The notes under the pieces: model-generated
Databases searched by the model: none
Seen by the model: only the letters and a program-made list of their open reading frames with translations
Told to the model about the DNA's origin: nothing
Origin: Candidatus Melainabacteria bacterium 17Bon1m
Lineage (GTDB): Bacteria > Cyanobacteriota > Vampirovibrionia > Obscuribacterales > Obscuribacteraceae
NCBI GenBank assembly: GCA_032128875.1
Contig: JAVLKG010000001.1
Span: 1,017,453-1,081,452 of the forward strand
DNA length: 64,000 nt
Reading direction: 5' to 3'
In this document: positions 19,455 through 28,992 of the stretch, in pieces
How positions within the stretch are numbered: the first letter of the stretch is position 1
Layout of the letters: each line of letters begins with the position of its first letter
Position numbers and translations under genes: made by a program

Positions 19455-19500
19455 CGGACCGAACGGTCTGAAATATACTCCCCGGCTTTGTGTCTGTCAA
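19455..19500 (-). promoter_or_regulatory. Sigma70 promoter with palindromic TetR-type operator
   Basis: TTGACA (19500-19495), 17 bp, TATATT (19477-19472), then the palindrome CAGACCGttCGGTCCG (19470-19455). Confidence 0.8.
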
Positions 19501-19517
19501 GCAAATCCGCAACAGCT

Positions 19518-22433
19518 TTATTGGGCTTGCTTTGCCGGCTCTGGGGTGGCTGGACGAACGCGCGCCAGGATTTCGGCGAACTGCTGTTGTGCGACTTCAC
19601 TTGCCAAAACATCCGACATGCGCAAGAAAGTCAGTCCGTTATAGAAGCCGTCGTTGGGGTTGTCGCCCCATCCCTTTAAGAGTCGAGCCATTCTTTCCCA
19701 AGCGGCTTTGTCGTAAAGGGTTCCTGCCAGGGCGTTTTCGCCTTTGATAATCAGACCCTGATTGTTGGCTTCCTTGCCGACCCATTTTGCCAATGAGTTC
19801 GGCAGTGACTGGGCGATAGCGCCGTCCTGTCCGTCAGGCAATTCGAGAGCTGTGAAATGTGGCACGACCCGTGAGAACGGGCTCTTGGTCTGGAGGTCTT
19901 TGAATACACTGAGCAGTGGTCTGTAGCCGTAGCCGCCTGCTTCGTTCCAGTCTTCTGTTCCGGTCGAGATTAGTCCGGCGGAAAGTTCTGCTTGCCGCCC
20001 GGTGAAGACGATATTGCCGTTTTCCCAATAACCCATACGCCAGTGTACGCCTGGGATCTTCGCACCGAGGTCGATGCCTGCGAATGCCGAACCTTTGGAA
20101 CCAAACACGTCGAGGGCTGAAGAAAGTACCTGGTTGCCGTGTTGTTGCAACGACTTGCTGTACCAGTCGAAGAAGTCTTTGCCATATTGCGTGTTGCGGT
20201 AGTCACCGCTTGCATAGAAGTCTTCAGCGTTTTTCGGCGGTTCGATCGCAGTGCCGTACTTCTCTCCCCATGCTTGTTTTGCTGCTTCTTCGGAGCCGTA
20301 TTTTTCAATTGCGAATGTTTTCAACGACTCGCGGGCGAGGTCAGAATAGGCTTGTAGCGAGCCTCTTGTCGGCCAGCCGCTGCCTTGATCGTGGTAGTTG
20401 TATGACGGATACCGCAACTCGCCTGCAGGTCCGAGGCTGACGTTGATTTCGGCGATGATCGGAGCTTTTCCGGCAAAATGATTTTGGAATTCGGTAAACA
20501 CGTTGCGGTAAAACGGCAGAGCATGTTTCGTTGCCCAAAAGTCTACATACTCGCTGCTTACGTTGCCTTGTTCACTCTTAAACTTGCCGACATCCGGGTT
20601 GGATGAACCGATGCTTGATTGGAGCTTGCTCCAGATCCACATCGGAATCGGAACATTGGCGGTATCTCCGACGTTGCCTCCGCATTCGTGCAACGACAAA
20701 ATCGGCACCCACTTAAGTCCTTGCGATGCAATTTTTGAAGAGAGAATGTCGTAATACTTGAATTGAAATTGTCCCGGCTTTGGCTCGACGGCGCCCCACC
20801 AGACATCGGTGCTCACTGCGTCGGCGCTCAGTTTTTTGGCTCGCGCTAATTCGCCGTCATAGTTATTCCATGCATCTTTGTATTTCGGATTTTCGGGGTC
20901 ATGCACACTGCCGATTTCTAGCGGGCCCATCACGTTCATCGTGATCATGTGTCCGTCGAGGCGGACGATCTTGCCGATCGGATTGTAGTTGCGGTGCTCC
21001 CAAGGCGTCTTGCCTGTGGCGAGTTTTATCCTTCCGGCTTCGCTTGTTTCAAGCCAAATTGTGCCTTTGGCTGTGGGGAAAACATGCTTTGCTCTCTCGG
21101 CGGCAGTCAGTTTTTCAGGAAAACAGGTGGCGAGTATGTCGGCGGCATTAGCGGCTGGACGAATTCCTGGCTGTCCTTCTCCAAATCTTTGAACGAAGAG
21201 GCTCTTTATGTCGCCAAATTTTTCAACACCAAGTACTCTTTTCACTTCCCTGACATTGAGAGTCGCTTCTCCCTCGTGTCTGGCGGTGAACTTGTCCAGC
21301 GCTTCTTTTCCATCAACGACGACGAACTCACGAGCCTGCGTGGTGCGTCCAATGTGCCAACGCTCCAACGCGTTGGAAACCTTCTCTGCCGGCTTGGCGA
21401 GCACTCTTTCGACGTTCGCGTGTGCTTGGCTTGAGGAAAACTTTAGACCTGCACCGGCTCCGAGTACACCAACACCACCGTCGATTACCCCTTTCTCTAC
21501 AACCTTCGTCCAGTCAATCGGCTTGCCTTCGGCCTGCTGGCGCATGATTTCGCCGCTGCCGCCGTTAACCATACCGAAGCTGCCGCCCATGACCATGCCG
21601 GACGCCAGGGGATTTTGGACGAGGCGCCCACCCATGGCTTTGTTGACGCCATAGAAGGTACCTTCTGCAGCGCCAAATACTGCGGCATCGAAGAGCCAGG
21701 CTTGCGGGTTGATTGTCTCTGCCTTGAGGCGTTCGGCCTGCTTCAGCGGGTCGGTAAATGTTTGGCGATCGAAAACTATATCTGCATCCCGAGCGGCTAT
21801 GCCCATGAAGACGCCTTTGGTTGGTGCAAAGCTATAGTTTCGAGACACTGCTCCGAAAAGCATTTTGATTGACTGTCCCTTGACCGCACCCAATGTGAAA
21901 TCGGCGGCTCGCTGCATGGGCGTGTCGTCCGGACTGGCCTTATCGAGCCCGTAGGTTACAAGAGTGGTTGCAACGCCGATTTTGCCACGTGAGAAGAGCG
22001 CCGCGGTCTTCAAAAACTCTGTGCCAAGGTGGTCGTATTCTTTGCGCTGTGCCTCGTCTTTAACCGCAATGGAAAGAGCGCTGTCGACGGCATTTTCCAG
22101 ATAGCTATGTCTGGGTTTTGGTGCTGGGTTTGCCTTGATGTAGAGGTCTGAAGCTTCGGCCAAATGCGCGTACATGATGGCAGAAACGTTCTGATTCGCC
22201 GCATCCAGCGCTTGATTCTGCGCCCCTTCCGGGGGCCGATTTTGCTCGACTGTCTTACCCTTTGCGGGCAGAATCTCAGGCATTATTATTTCGCGCGACA
22301 AGAGAGAACCAGATTCTCTTATGTAATTGTTTTTGCTCTCAGATCTCAATGGGGAAAGTCCCAAAAGCAAGCAGATTGCTATGGGAAACATACGCGCGCC
22401 ATTTAATCTAAGGCGAACTCGTTTTCGAATCAT
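19518..22433 (-). CDS. GH14 beta-amylase with a long N-terminal domain of unknown function
   Basis: DVWWGAVE, HECGGNVGD, LGPAGELRYPSY, KIPGVHW, FTALE, GENAL, TFLR within about 19560-20948. Start uncertain (22433, 22391 or 22283). Confidence 0.9.
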   Translation of the reverse strand: MIRKRVRLRLNGARMFPIAICLLLGLSPLRSESKNNYIRESGSLLSREIIMPEILPAKGKTVEQNRPPEGAQNQALDAANQNVSAIMYAHLAEASDLYIKANPAPKPRHSYLENAVDSALSIAVKDEAQRKEYDHLGTEFLKTAALFSRGKIGVATTLVTYGLDKASPDDTPMQRAADFTLGAVKGQSIKMLFGAVSRNYSFAPTKGVFMGIAARDADIVFDRQTFTDPLKQAERLKAETINPQAWLFDAAVFGAAEGTFYGVNKAMGGRLVQNPLASGMVMGGSFGMVNGGSGEIMRQQAEGKPIDWTKVVEKGVIDGGVGVLGAGAGLKFSSSQAHANVERVLAKPAEKVSNALERWHIGRTTQAREFVVVDGKEALDKFTARHEGEATLNVREVKRVLGVEKFGDIKSLFVQRFGEGQPGIRPAANAADILATCFPEKLTAAERAKHVFPTAKGTIWLETSEAGRIKLATGKTPWEHRNYNPIGKIVRLDGHMITMNVMGPLEIGSVHDPENPKYKDAWNNYDGELARAKKLSADAVSTDVWWGAVEPKPGQFQFKYYDILSSKIASQGLKWVPILSLHECGGNVGDTANVPIPMWIWSKLQSSIGSSNPDVGKFKSEQGNVSSEYVDFWATKHALPFYRNVFTEFQNHFAGKAPIIAEINVSLGPAGELRYPSYNYHDQGSGWPTRGSLQAYSDLARESLKTFAIEKYGSEEAAKQAWGEKYGTAIEPPKNAEDFYASGDYRNTQYGKDFFDWYSKSLQQHGNQVLSSALDVFGSKGSAFAGIDLGAKIPGVHWRMGYWENGNIVFTGRQAELSAGLISTGTEDWNEAGGYGYRPLLSVFKDLQTKSPFSRVVPHFTALELPDGQDGAIAQSLPNSLAKWVGKEANNQGLIIKGENALAGTLYDKAAWERMARLLKGWGDNPNDGFYNGLTFLRMSDVLASEVAQQQFAEILARVRPATPEPAKQAQ

Positions 22434-22438
22434 GGCTC

Positions 22439-23671
22439 TTATGTTTCTTTGAGCGGGTCGTATTCGTCTGCGGACAAACCGAAGGTCCAGGCTACGCCCT
22501 CGCGAGCGGTTTTGGTGTCGGGCGGAACGCGCAAGAAATAGTTGTTGTAAGTCCCGTCAGGCTCGGGAGTTGAATTGACTACATGCACAATGACTATGTC
22601 TTCGTGATTGTCGCCGAAATGCTGACGATAGAGGACTCCGCTCTTGTCTTGCTGAACGACTTGCGCCCCAGAGTCTTTGATAAAGGCTTCCAAACCGTAC
22701 ATCTCAAGCATCATTCGACGAATCTCGACGTTAGGCTCATAAAAAATAAGCGTCACGTCTTTCTTGATGCCAAACTCTAAGAACCGCTCAGGAACGAATG
22801 TTCCGTGCCATGCAAAAGTTTCCCACCCGTCTTGATACTTTATCGCGCCGCCAATGGTATTGTGCAAGAGCCCCTCGCGATCAACGCTGACGCGATTTGG
22901 TCTGTCTATCATCAAGCACACATCTTCAAACGGCCACCATATATGCCCGAAGCGCGCTAGATGGAAATACGGCATGATTTCCGGCACTCTAAAGCCTGCT
23001 GCACCAGTTATGTCGTAAAAGGGCAACTCGGCGTCTAAGTTGCCATATCCGGCAGACGCAAATTGTCCCATCGCAGAAATAGCCAATCCGCAGGTTAGCG
23101 GACGGTCGTCGAATTCTTCGAACGGCTTTGTATATTCTTCAGGCAAAACATAAGTCAGCTTGTTTATCAACATGGTCAAAAGCGCTGGTGGTGCCAATTG
23201 GCCCCACACAAGCTCGAGGTTGATATTCTCCACGCCGGGTCCGACGTGCCCGACAAAACTAGCAAGAACAGCCTGGCGTATTTGATGCGGCAGAGTTGCG
23301 AACGAACGTCTGAGTGCGGGCGTCAGTTTGTTTTGGATTGTCGTCCACCACTGTTTGTCGCCCTTGTCCTCGATCAGTTTCCAGAGTTTTGCACTGCATT
23401 GGTTTCTAAAATTGGTGACTACCTGCTTGTGAACACTGTTAGTACCCTTTGAGACCAATGCAGCCGAAACGGCACCGTGAAATGGCGAATCGAACCACAC
23501 GAAATAGCGCGGAGGTTTTAAGCCGGCGTTTGAGTAAATGTTACAGACTGCTTCCTCAGCCTTGCGCCGGTCGCAAGGCGAAATATTAAACGCCACCGCC
23601 TTGGAGCGTTCTACTACTTTCTTTACCGCCTCATCAGCGTTCTGACCAACTTCGAACTGGGTCGAGGACAT
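22439..23671 (-). CDS. DUF6745-family protein
   Basis: DRRKAEEAV..IY..AGL..P..FVWFDSP, WWPFEDVC...DRP, GLLHN, NVEIRR.M.E, NSTPEPDGT...YFLRVPP...TAREGVAWTFGL....Y.P..ET. Confidence 0.8.
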   Translation of the reverse strand: MSSTQFEVGQNADEAVKKVVERSKAVAFNISPCDRRKAEEAVCNIYSNAGLKPPRYFVWFDSPFHGAVSAALVSKGTNSVHKQVVTNFRNQCSAKLWKLIEDKGDKQWWTTIQNKLTPALRRSFATLPHQIRQAVLASFVGHVGPGVENINLELVWGQLAPPALLTMLINKLTYVLPEEYTKPFEEFDDRPLTCGLAISAMGQFASAGYGNLDAELPFYDITGAAGFRVPEIMPYFHLARFGHIWWPFEDVCLMIDRPNRVSVDREGLLHNTIGGAIKYQDGWETFAWHGTFVPERFLEFGIKKDVTLIFYEPNVEIRRMMLEMYGLEAFIKDSGAQVVQQDKSGVLYRQHFGDNHEDIVIVHVVNSTPEPDGTYNNYFLRVPPDTKTAREGVAWTFGLSADEYDPLKET

Positions 23672-23673
23672 AC

Positions 23674-23982
23674 TTAGTCGACTACGAGCCTTGTAGAGCC
23701 AGGGACGTATTCGCGCTGCTGAACAACTCGATATATTCCGGGTTTGAGCGTGATAGCGCTGTGCTCTTCATGTACCAATATGGCGCCGTCAAGAGCTTCA
23801 ATAAATCTCTCCGCTCCATGCTGATACAGCTTTGCAAAACGAGCATCTATGGCGTGCGCGTGTCCCGTGGTTTCGCCCCATGCCAGAACAATTCTCTGTT
23901 CAACCGGTTTCCTCTGGGCGTTTTTTGGCAAAGTCTGAACTCTCGCCAACAAAACGTCTCCCTGTCTGTAGGTTTCAACCAT
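23674..23982 (-). CDS. Small His-rich conserved protein, partner of DUF6745
   Basis: YRQGDVLL, LAWGETTGHAH, HEEH, PGIYRVVQQREY; RBS ggag before ATG 23982; 2 bp from the DUF6745 start. Confidence 0.8.
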   Translation of the reverse strand: MVETYRQGDVLLARVQTLPKNAQRKPVEQRIVLAWGETTGHAHAIDARFAKLYQHGAERFIEALDGAILVHEEHSAITLKPGIYRVVQQREYVPGSTRLVVD

Positions 23983-24144
23983 GTTTCTTCTCCGTTCGGG
24001 CAAAGGGCGCCTCAGCGTTCTTATACCCATTTACTCATATTTTGATGTGTTTTGGGGCAGCAGCCCGGTTCTCAACAGGTTGGCTCAATGCAAGTTGCAC
24101 CTGGCTACGGTAAACTTTGCAGGTTCAGAAAAAGGGGAATTCAA

Positions 24145-25437
24145 ATGAGATTAGGGGCCTTTGGAAGCGTATTTTTTGCATTGAGTTTGTTGGCTGGTTC
24201 ATTCGTACAAGTAAATCAGCAATGTTTGGCTGCTACCGCCCGTGGTGCACGGACATCAAACAGTGAAAAGTCCGCACCGGTTTCTGTAGAGCCTACACCC
24301 TCTCACTTTTCGAACAAGGCTACCGCGCCATGTGACTGGACGCCTATGATGGTCCTTCCGGTCAGCGCTCCGCGCCTTTTCCGCGGCAGTGACAATCTCT
24401 ACAATCTCGTGTACGAAGTTCACTTGATCAATTACAACGCTGCGCCCTCAAAGATTTTGAGCTTCGAGATTCTCGACAATAATGGTCGTGTCCTAAAGTC
24501 ATATTCGCCTGCAGAACTCAAAAAGGTTACCCTCAACTTGCGAGACTCGAAGTCCGGAAAGTCGAAGGATGAGAAAGGCAACTCGTTTGCAGCTGGCGCT
24601 TCCGGCATCCTCTGGCTGAATCTCGAATTTAAAGACAAGGAAAGTGCTCCAAAAGAACTTCTGCACAAAATTGTCGTAGAAACAGACTTTGCCGGCAAAA
24701 CGCGACGATTTGAAAACGCGCATTACAAGGTTAAAGTAGAGGAGAAATCACCAGTCGTTGTTGGACCGCCGCTCAAGGGCGGACGTTGGTATGTGGCGGG
24801 CGGATATGCCGGTGATTTCGGGCACAGACGTGCTTTGTTTCCACAGGGCAACCGACTTGTAGCGGCTCAACGCTATGCTATCGACTGGCTGCTAATGACT
24901 AATGACGATCATGTTTTCAATGGGGATGGAAAAGAGTGTTCGCAATACCCGGGTTATGGCAAACCAATAATCTCGGTTGCTGATGGCACCGTCATTGGTA
25001 TCGTCGACAAGTTCGAAGATCAAGTACCAAATCATGCTAAAGGCGACCAACTTGCCTTTTATCCGGGCGGCAACACGGCTGTAGTCGATATTGGCGATGG
25101 CAATTACGCTTTCTATGCTCATATGAAACCAGGCAGCATAAAAGTTAAGGAAGGTCAGAAGGTAAAACGCGGCGAGGTGATCGGATTGCTCGGCAGCTCC
25201 GGCAATTCGACCGCTCCGCACTTGCACTTTCACGTCATGGATGGTCCCTCGATTCTTGGTTCTCAGGGCGTCCCATACGTCTTCGATAACTTTTCTGTCA
25301 AAGGCATTGCCAATGAAGAAGCAACGATCAAATCGATGGACAAAGATGGCCGCGCACCTGTTGTTAAGTCGAAGTTCGACGGGAAGCATTCCGAAGAGTT
25401 GCCGCGCGAAGGCATGCTGATCGTTTTTCCAGAGTAG
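24145..25437 (+). CDS. Secreted M23 family metallopeptidase
   Basis: Signal peptide; H...QRYAIDW, YAHM, GSSGNSTAPHLHFH. Confidence 0.9.
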   Translation: MRLGAFGSVFFALSLLAGSFVQVNQQCLAATARGARTSNSEKSAPVSVEPTPSHFSNKATAPCDWTPMMVLPVSAPRLFRGSDNLYNLVYEVHLINYNAAPSKILSFEILDNNGRVLKSYSPAELKKVTLNLRDSKSGKSKDEKGNSFAAGASGILWLNLEFKDKESAPKELLHKIVVETDFAGKTRRFENAHYKVKVEEKSPVVVGPPLKGGRWYVAGGYAGDFGHRRALFPQGNRLVAAQRYAIDWLLMTNDDHVFNGDGKECSQYPGYGKPIISVADGTVIGIVDKFEDQVPNHAKGDQLAFYPGGNTAVVDIGDGNYAFYAHMKPGSIKVKEGQKVKRGEVIGLLGSSGNSTAPHLHFHVMDGPSILGSQGVPYVFDNFSVKGIANEEATIKSMDKDGRAPVVKSKFDGKHSEELPREGMLIVFPE

Positions 25438-25457
25438 CCCAAGAGGTTTTACCGCTA

Positions 25458-26573
25458 ATGTCCAAGCGACGTCGAACGAAGCGCAAACCGCGAATGACAC
25501 ATTTGCCTCCAGGGTCAGCGCCCGGCACTTTGATTCCTGCGCCGGATGCAGTGAAAACGACGCTCCACCTAATCGCTTATGGACCAGACGGTCTGGAAGA
25601 GAAAGAACTGAAAGACGCCGGTGAAATCCGCAAGTTTATCGGCAAATGGCCCGTTATTTGGCTAAATGTTGAGGGACTCGGAAGTGCCGAGGTCGTGAAG
25701 GAAGTCGGTGAGATTTTCAACATTCACCACCTGGCTCTGGAAGATGTCCTCAACGTGCACGAGCGGGCCAAAATTGAACGCTACAACGACGATCTTTTTC
25801 TTGTCATGCATATGATGGAATTCAAAGATCACCTAGAACAAGAACAGTTGAGCGTCTTTAGTGGCAAGCATTTCGCAGTCACATTCCAGGAAGGGCCCAT
25901 TGATACCCTTGACCCCGCGCGTGAGCGAATACGAAAAAATCAAGGTCATATTCGGAAATTGGGTTCGGACTACCTGATTTATTCGATTATCGATTCTGTC
26001 CTCGATAACTATTTTCCGATTTTGGAAACATACGGAGAATTGCTGGACAAGCTGGAGGACGAGATTATCACTAAGCCCAGTCACGAAGTTGTCGCAAATG
26101 TGCATGCTGTGAAACGCGAGCTGCTAACTTTGCGCCGTGCTGTTTGGCCGTTGCGCGAAGCAATCAACACTTTGATTAGAGACATGGAAGTTACTTTCTC
26201 GGAGGAGACTCGTATTCACTTGCGAGACTGTTATGACCATGCCGTCCGCATTATCGATTTCATTGAAACCTACAGAGAATTGGCTGCAGACCTTATGGAT
26301 GTTTATCTTTCGAGTCTGAGCAATCGTATGAACGAAGTGATGAAAGTGCTCACGATTATCACCACTTTGTTTGTGCCACCAACTCTTATCGCTGGTATTT
26401 ACGGCATGAACTTCAATACGGAAGTATCGCCATACAACATGCCTGAACTCAACTGGTTCTTCGGATATCCATTTGCGCTATTCCTGATGCTCGCACTCAC
26501 TTTGGGCGTTGTGATTCTGCTCTGGTACAAGGGCTGGCTGGGTGTTTTGAGCAGGAAGAACAGCGAGAACTGA
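25458..26573 (+). CDS. corA: Magnesium/cobalt transporter CorA
   Basis: HHLALEDV, MNEVMKVLT, GIYGMNF, MPEL, two C-terminal TMs. Confidence 0.95.
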   Translation: MSKRRRTKRKPRMTHLPPGSAPGTLIPAPDAVKTTLHLIAYGPDGLEEKELKDAGEIRKFIGKWPVIWLNVEGLGSAEVVKEVGEIFNIHHLALEDVLNVHERAKIERYNDDLFLVMHMMEFKDHLEQEQLSVFSGKHFAVTFQEGPIDTLDPARERIRKNQGHIRKLGSDYLIYSIIDSVLDNYFPILETYGELLDKLEDEIITKPSHEVVANVHAVKRELLTLRRAVWPLREAINTLIRDMEVTFSEETRIHLRDCYDHAVRIIDFIETYRELAADLMDVYLSSLSNRMNEVMKVLTIITTLFVPPTLIAGIYGMNFNTEVSPYNMPELNWFFGYPFALFLMLALTLGVVILLWYKGWLGVLSRKNSEN

Positions 26574-26747
26574 GGGTTCAAAGCTGTTGAATTTCGATTT
26601 TCTTTCGAATGTTAATGCTTTCTCTTTCGAACAGCTTTCAAACTTGCTTTCATTTTGCTGTTGCTGAAACGAGCATTGCAACTAGCTTTCATGCGTTTGC
26701 GTCGCAGTGAGGTTTCTGATAGGCTGGAATCAAGGAGGTTGCATCTG

Positions 26748-27077
26748 ATGAGAAATCGCAATGCAATCATTAGCTTATTCGCGGCGATTCTGTTGCTGGG
26801 GCTGATTTTTATCGAGCCACAACGACTGCATGCTAGCGATCGGAAATTCACTCAGTACGAGGGTCTTTATTGCAATGTGGCTGTCAGCTCGACCGTCACG
26901 TTGGCAGAATCGAAGCCTCCTAGAGTTGATTCATTCGATGTTTCCTCACTTTTAAATGTCGTCTTCTCGGATATTTTGCTGCATCCGAGTCTCGCCGAGT
27001 GCTTCACGCCTGAGAGCAGAGCGATATGTTTCGTACCACAGCCATTGTGGCTTTTGAAAAGATCGCTGCTGATTTAG
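26748..27077 (+). CDS. Small membrane-anchored hypothetical protein (leader-like, ends PLWLLKRSLLI)
   Basis: Perfect RBS aaggaggt before ATG 26748; N-terminal hydrophobic helix. Confidence 0.6.
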   Translation: MRNRNAIISLFAAILLLGLIFIEPQRLHASDRKFTQYEGLYCNVAVSSTVTLAESKPPRVDSFDVSSLLNVVFSDILLHPSLAECFTPESRAICFVPQPLWLLKRSLLI

Positions 27078-27259
27078 AAATTCAACATTGACTCAAAACT
27101 TTCTCGCTGATCTGGATTTGATCAACGAAAGTTTTGCATATCCACAAGTTTTAGTGCTCGTCCTGCCTTGATGCAAGACGTAAGCATTGCATCTATTAGC
27201 ATCACCTCGCTGTTCGCGTTGTAGATGCAGCTTTGCACAATCTTCAAGAGGTTTTATTT

Positions 27260-27472
27260 ATGAGCGAATTCAAAATGTTAGGTATTGCATTCTCAACGAT
27301 GATTGCTTCCAGCGTCGTTGCTGCTTATGTCATGCAGTCCATGAATGCAACACCAGTTGCGCTATTGAGTGTCACAACCATTGCAGCCCTGCTCTCTTAC
27401 ATCTGCGTCTGTGTGTACCTGATGCCACGCGTCAGATTGGCTGCCCGTGCTGACGGAGAGCCTGATGCTTAA
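27260..27472 (+). CDS. Small two-TM hypothetical protein
   Basis: RBS agagg; two hydrophobic helices. Confidence 0.55.
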   Translation: MSEFKMLGIAFSTMIASSVVAAYVMQSMNATPVALLSVTTIAALLSYICVCVYLMPRVRLAARADGEPDA

Positions 27473-27519
27473 TTGCATAAGTTTTTGGCGTTGTAATTAT
27501 CCGAAAGGAGGAATCCACT

Positions 27520-28008
27520 ATGGACGAGGAAAATACTTACATTCGCGCCGGTCGATACGATACACCTGCAACAGAGTTGTTTCATTTGTCGCAGAATCCC
27601 AGCAGCCTGATTAGAGTTCGAGTTGCTGAAAACCAAGCAACACCGCAGGTTCTTCTTGAAGAGTTGAGTACCGATAGCAATGAGGACGTTCGCATTGCGG
27701 TAGGTGGCAACCCGTCTATTCCGTTTCAGGTGTTGATGCGTTTGGCTTTTGACGAACACGTCGATGTGCGATTCAGTTTAGCGGAAAATCACTGCATCAA
27801 TATTCTTGCATTGCTGTGTTTGGCAGGCGATGAAAATCCGTTTGTCTCTCAAAGGGCATTGAAGACGTTGCAGCGTGTCGCATTAGGAAGGCGGAGCGAT
27901 TTGAAGAGGAAAGACGACTCCCCTGATTTGACTGTGAAATTGAAACAAGCGAGGCCAAAGCTTCGGTCGCTAGGGTTGAATCCGCGCGCAGTCTATCCGG
28001 CGTGTTAG
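27520..28008 (+). CDS. Leucine-rich-repeat-variant (LRV)/HEAT-like repeat protein
   Basis: Repeats IRVRVAENQATP, VRIAVGGNPSIP, VRFSLAEN; RBS aggagg. Confidence 0.8.
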   Translation: MDEENTYIRAGRYDTPATELFHLSQNPSSLIRVRVAENQATPQVLLEELSTDSNEDVRIAVGGNPSIPFQVLMRLAFDEHVDVRFSLAENHCINILALLCLAGDENPFVSQRALKTLQRVALGRRSDLKRKDDSPDLTVKLKQARPKLRSLGLNPRAVYPAC

Positions 28009-28865
28009 TGTTGTTTCAGTCCCATTTGATCGAAAATGGAATCTAGCGAATCCGGTGTCGCTTTGGTGACTGTCACGTCGCGGTCGTCCCTTGCGCGTTT
28101 GTATCCAGAAGGAAGTTCGAAGGTGTCTTTTGGCACCGAAGCTTTTGTTATCGATGTGGTTTCGAGCAAAATATGTTCTTTGCTTGGAGTTGCACTTGAC
28201 GCTCCTGGATATCCAAAACTCTCTTTGCTGAAAGTTTTCAGTGCTAAGGGAGTTTTGGCGGCGCGCGGAGTTCTGTACAACTGAAGCATGACTTCCGTTC
28301 GCTCCTTTGCGCATGCTGCTTTGTCGACCCAGTAAATACCTGCTTTTCCATAGCTGAAATCGATCGGTTTATTCATGCGCAGTTTTGCTTTTGCACTAGG
28401 ATCTGCGGTCATGAAGAAAACATCCGCGTTGCGATTCAGTATTTTTTCATCGCCTGCTTTGACAATCGGCCATTCGCTAGTTGCCGACATCATTGACCAC
28501 GTCGCACGCAGTCCGTGCTTTCTCCAAACATCCATCGTCATGTCGTAATAGAGTTTGCTTTTCTTGTTGTAGACGAAAACCTTCCAATCTGGACCTTTGG
28601 CAATGATCACGATGTGTTTGCCTTTTTCGCTTATTTTGATCGCATCAGGCGCAAGAATCACCTCAATGGGGCCAAGATAACCGTGCTTTTGCTGCCAAAT
28701 TTCTACTTGTTTGCTTGTCGGGACTGCTAGTGTCACTTGGGTGGAAACATCGCTCAAGAGCAAGGCTAAAACTAAAGGCACAGCGAAGCCCAATGCTAGA
28801 GCGTGCGCCCGATTAAATCGGACCCGGCATTTGTCAGGCGTTCGACTGTCCCATTGCATCGACAT
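28005..28865 (-). CDS. Secreted hypothetical protein (DUF4412-like)
   Basis: N-terminal hydrophobic segment; VYNKKSKLY and TFELPSGYK motifs. Confidence 0.6.
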   Translation of the reverse strand: MSMQWDSRTPDKCRVRFNRAHALALGFAVPLVLALLLSDVSTQVTLAVPTSKQVEIWQQKHGYLGPIEVILAPDAIKISEKGKHIVIIAKGPDWKVFVYNKKSKLYYDMTMDVWRKHGLRATWSMMSATSEWPIVKAGDEKILNRNADVFFMTADPSAKAKLRMNKPIDFSYGKAGIYWVDKAACAKERTEVMLQLYRTPRAAKTPLALKTFSKESFGYPGASSATPSKEHILLETTSITKASVPKDTFELPSGYKRARDDRDVTVTKATPDSLDSIFDQMGLKQH

Positions 28866-28992
28866 ATTTTAGATCAGACACCGAATTGCGCCCACTGATT
28901 GCCCTTTTGACAACCGGCGTGGCGCTCCCATTCGTGGCAACACCCCCATAAATGCGCTATGCTTGAAACTGTGAAATTGAGGTGACAGCTTC

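Noticed and set aside
22439-23982. Prophage remnant
   Set aside because: No integrase, structural or replication genes and no att-like repeats seen.
24892-25500. Long antisense ORFs (also 4782-5327, 11590-12198, 45171-45704, 50465-50989)
   Set aside because: They overlap well-supported genes, have no recognisable motifs, and are expected shadows.
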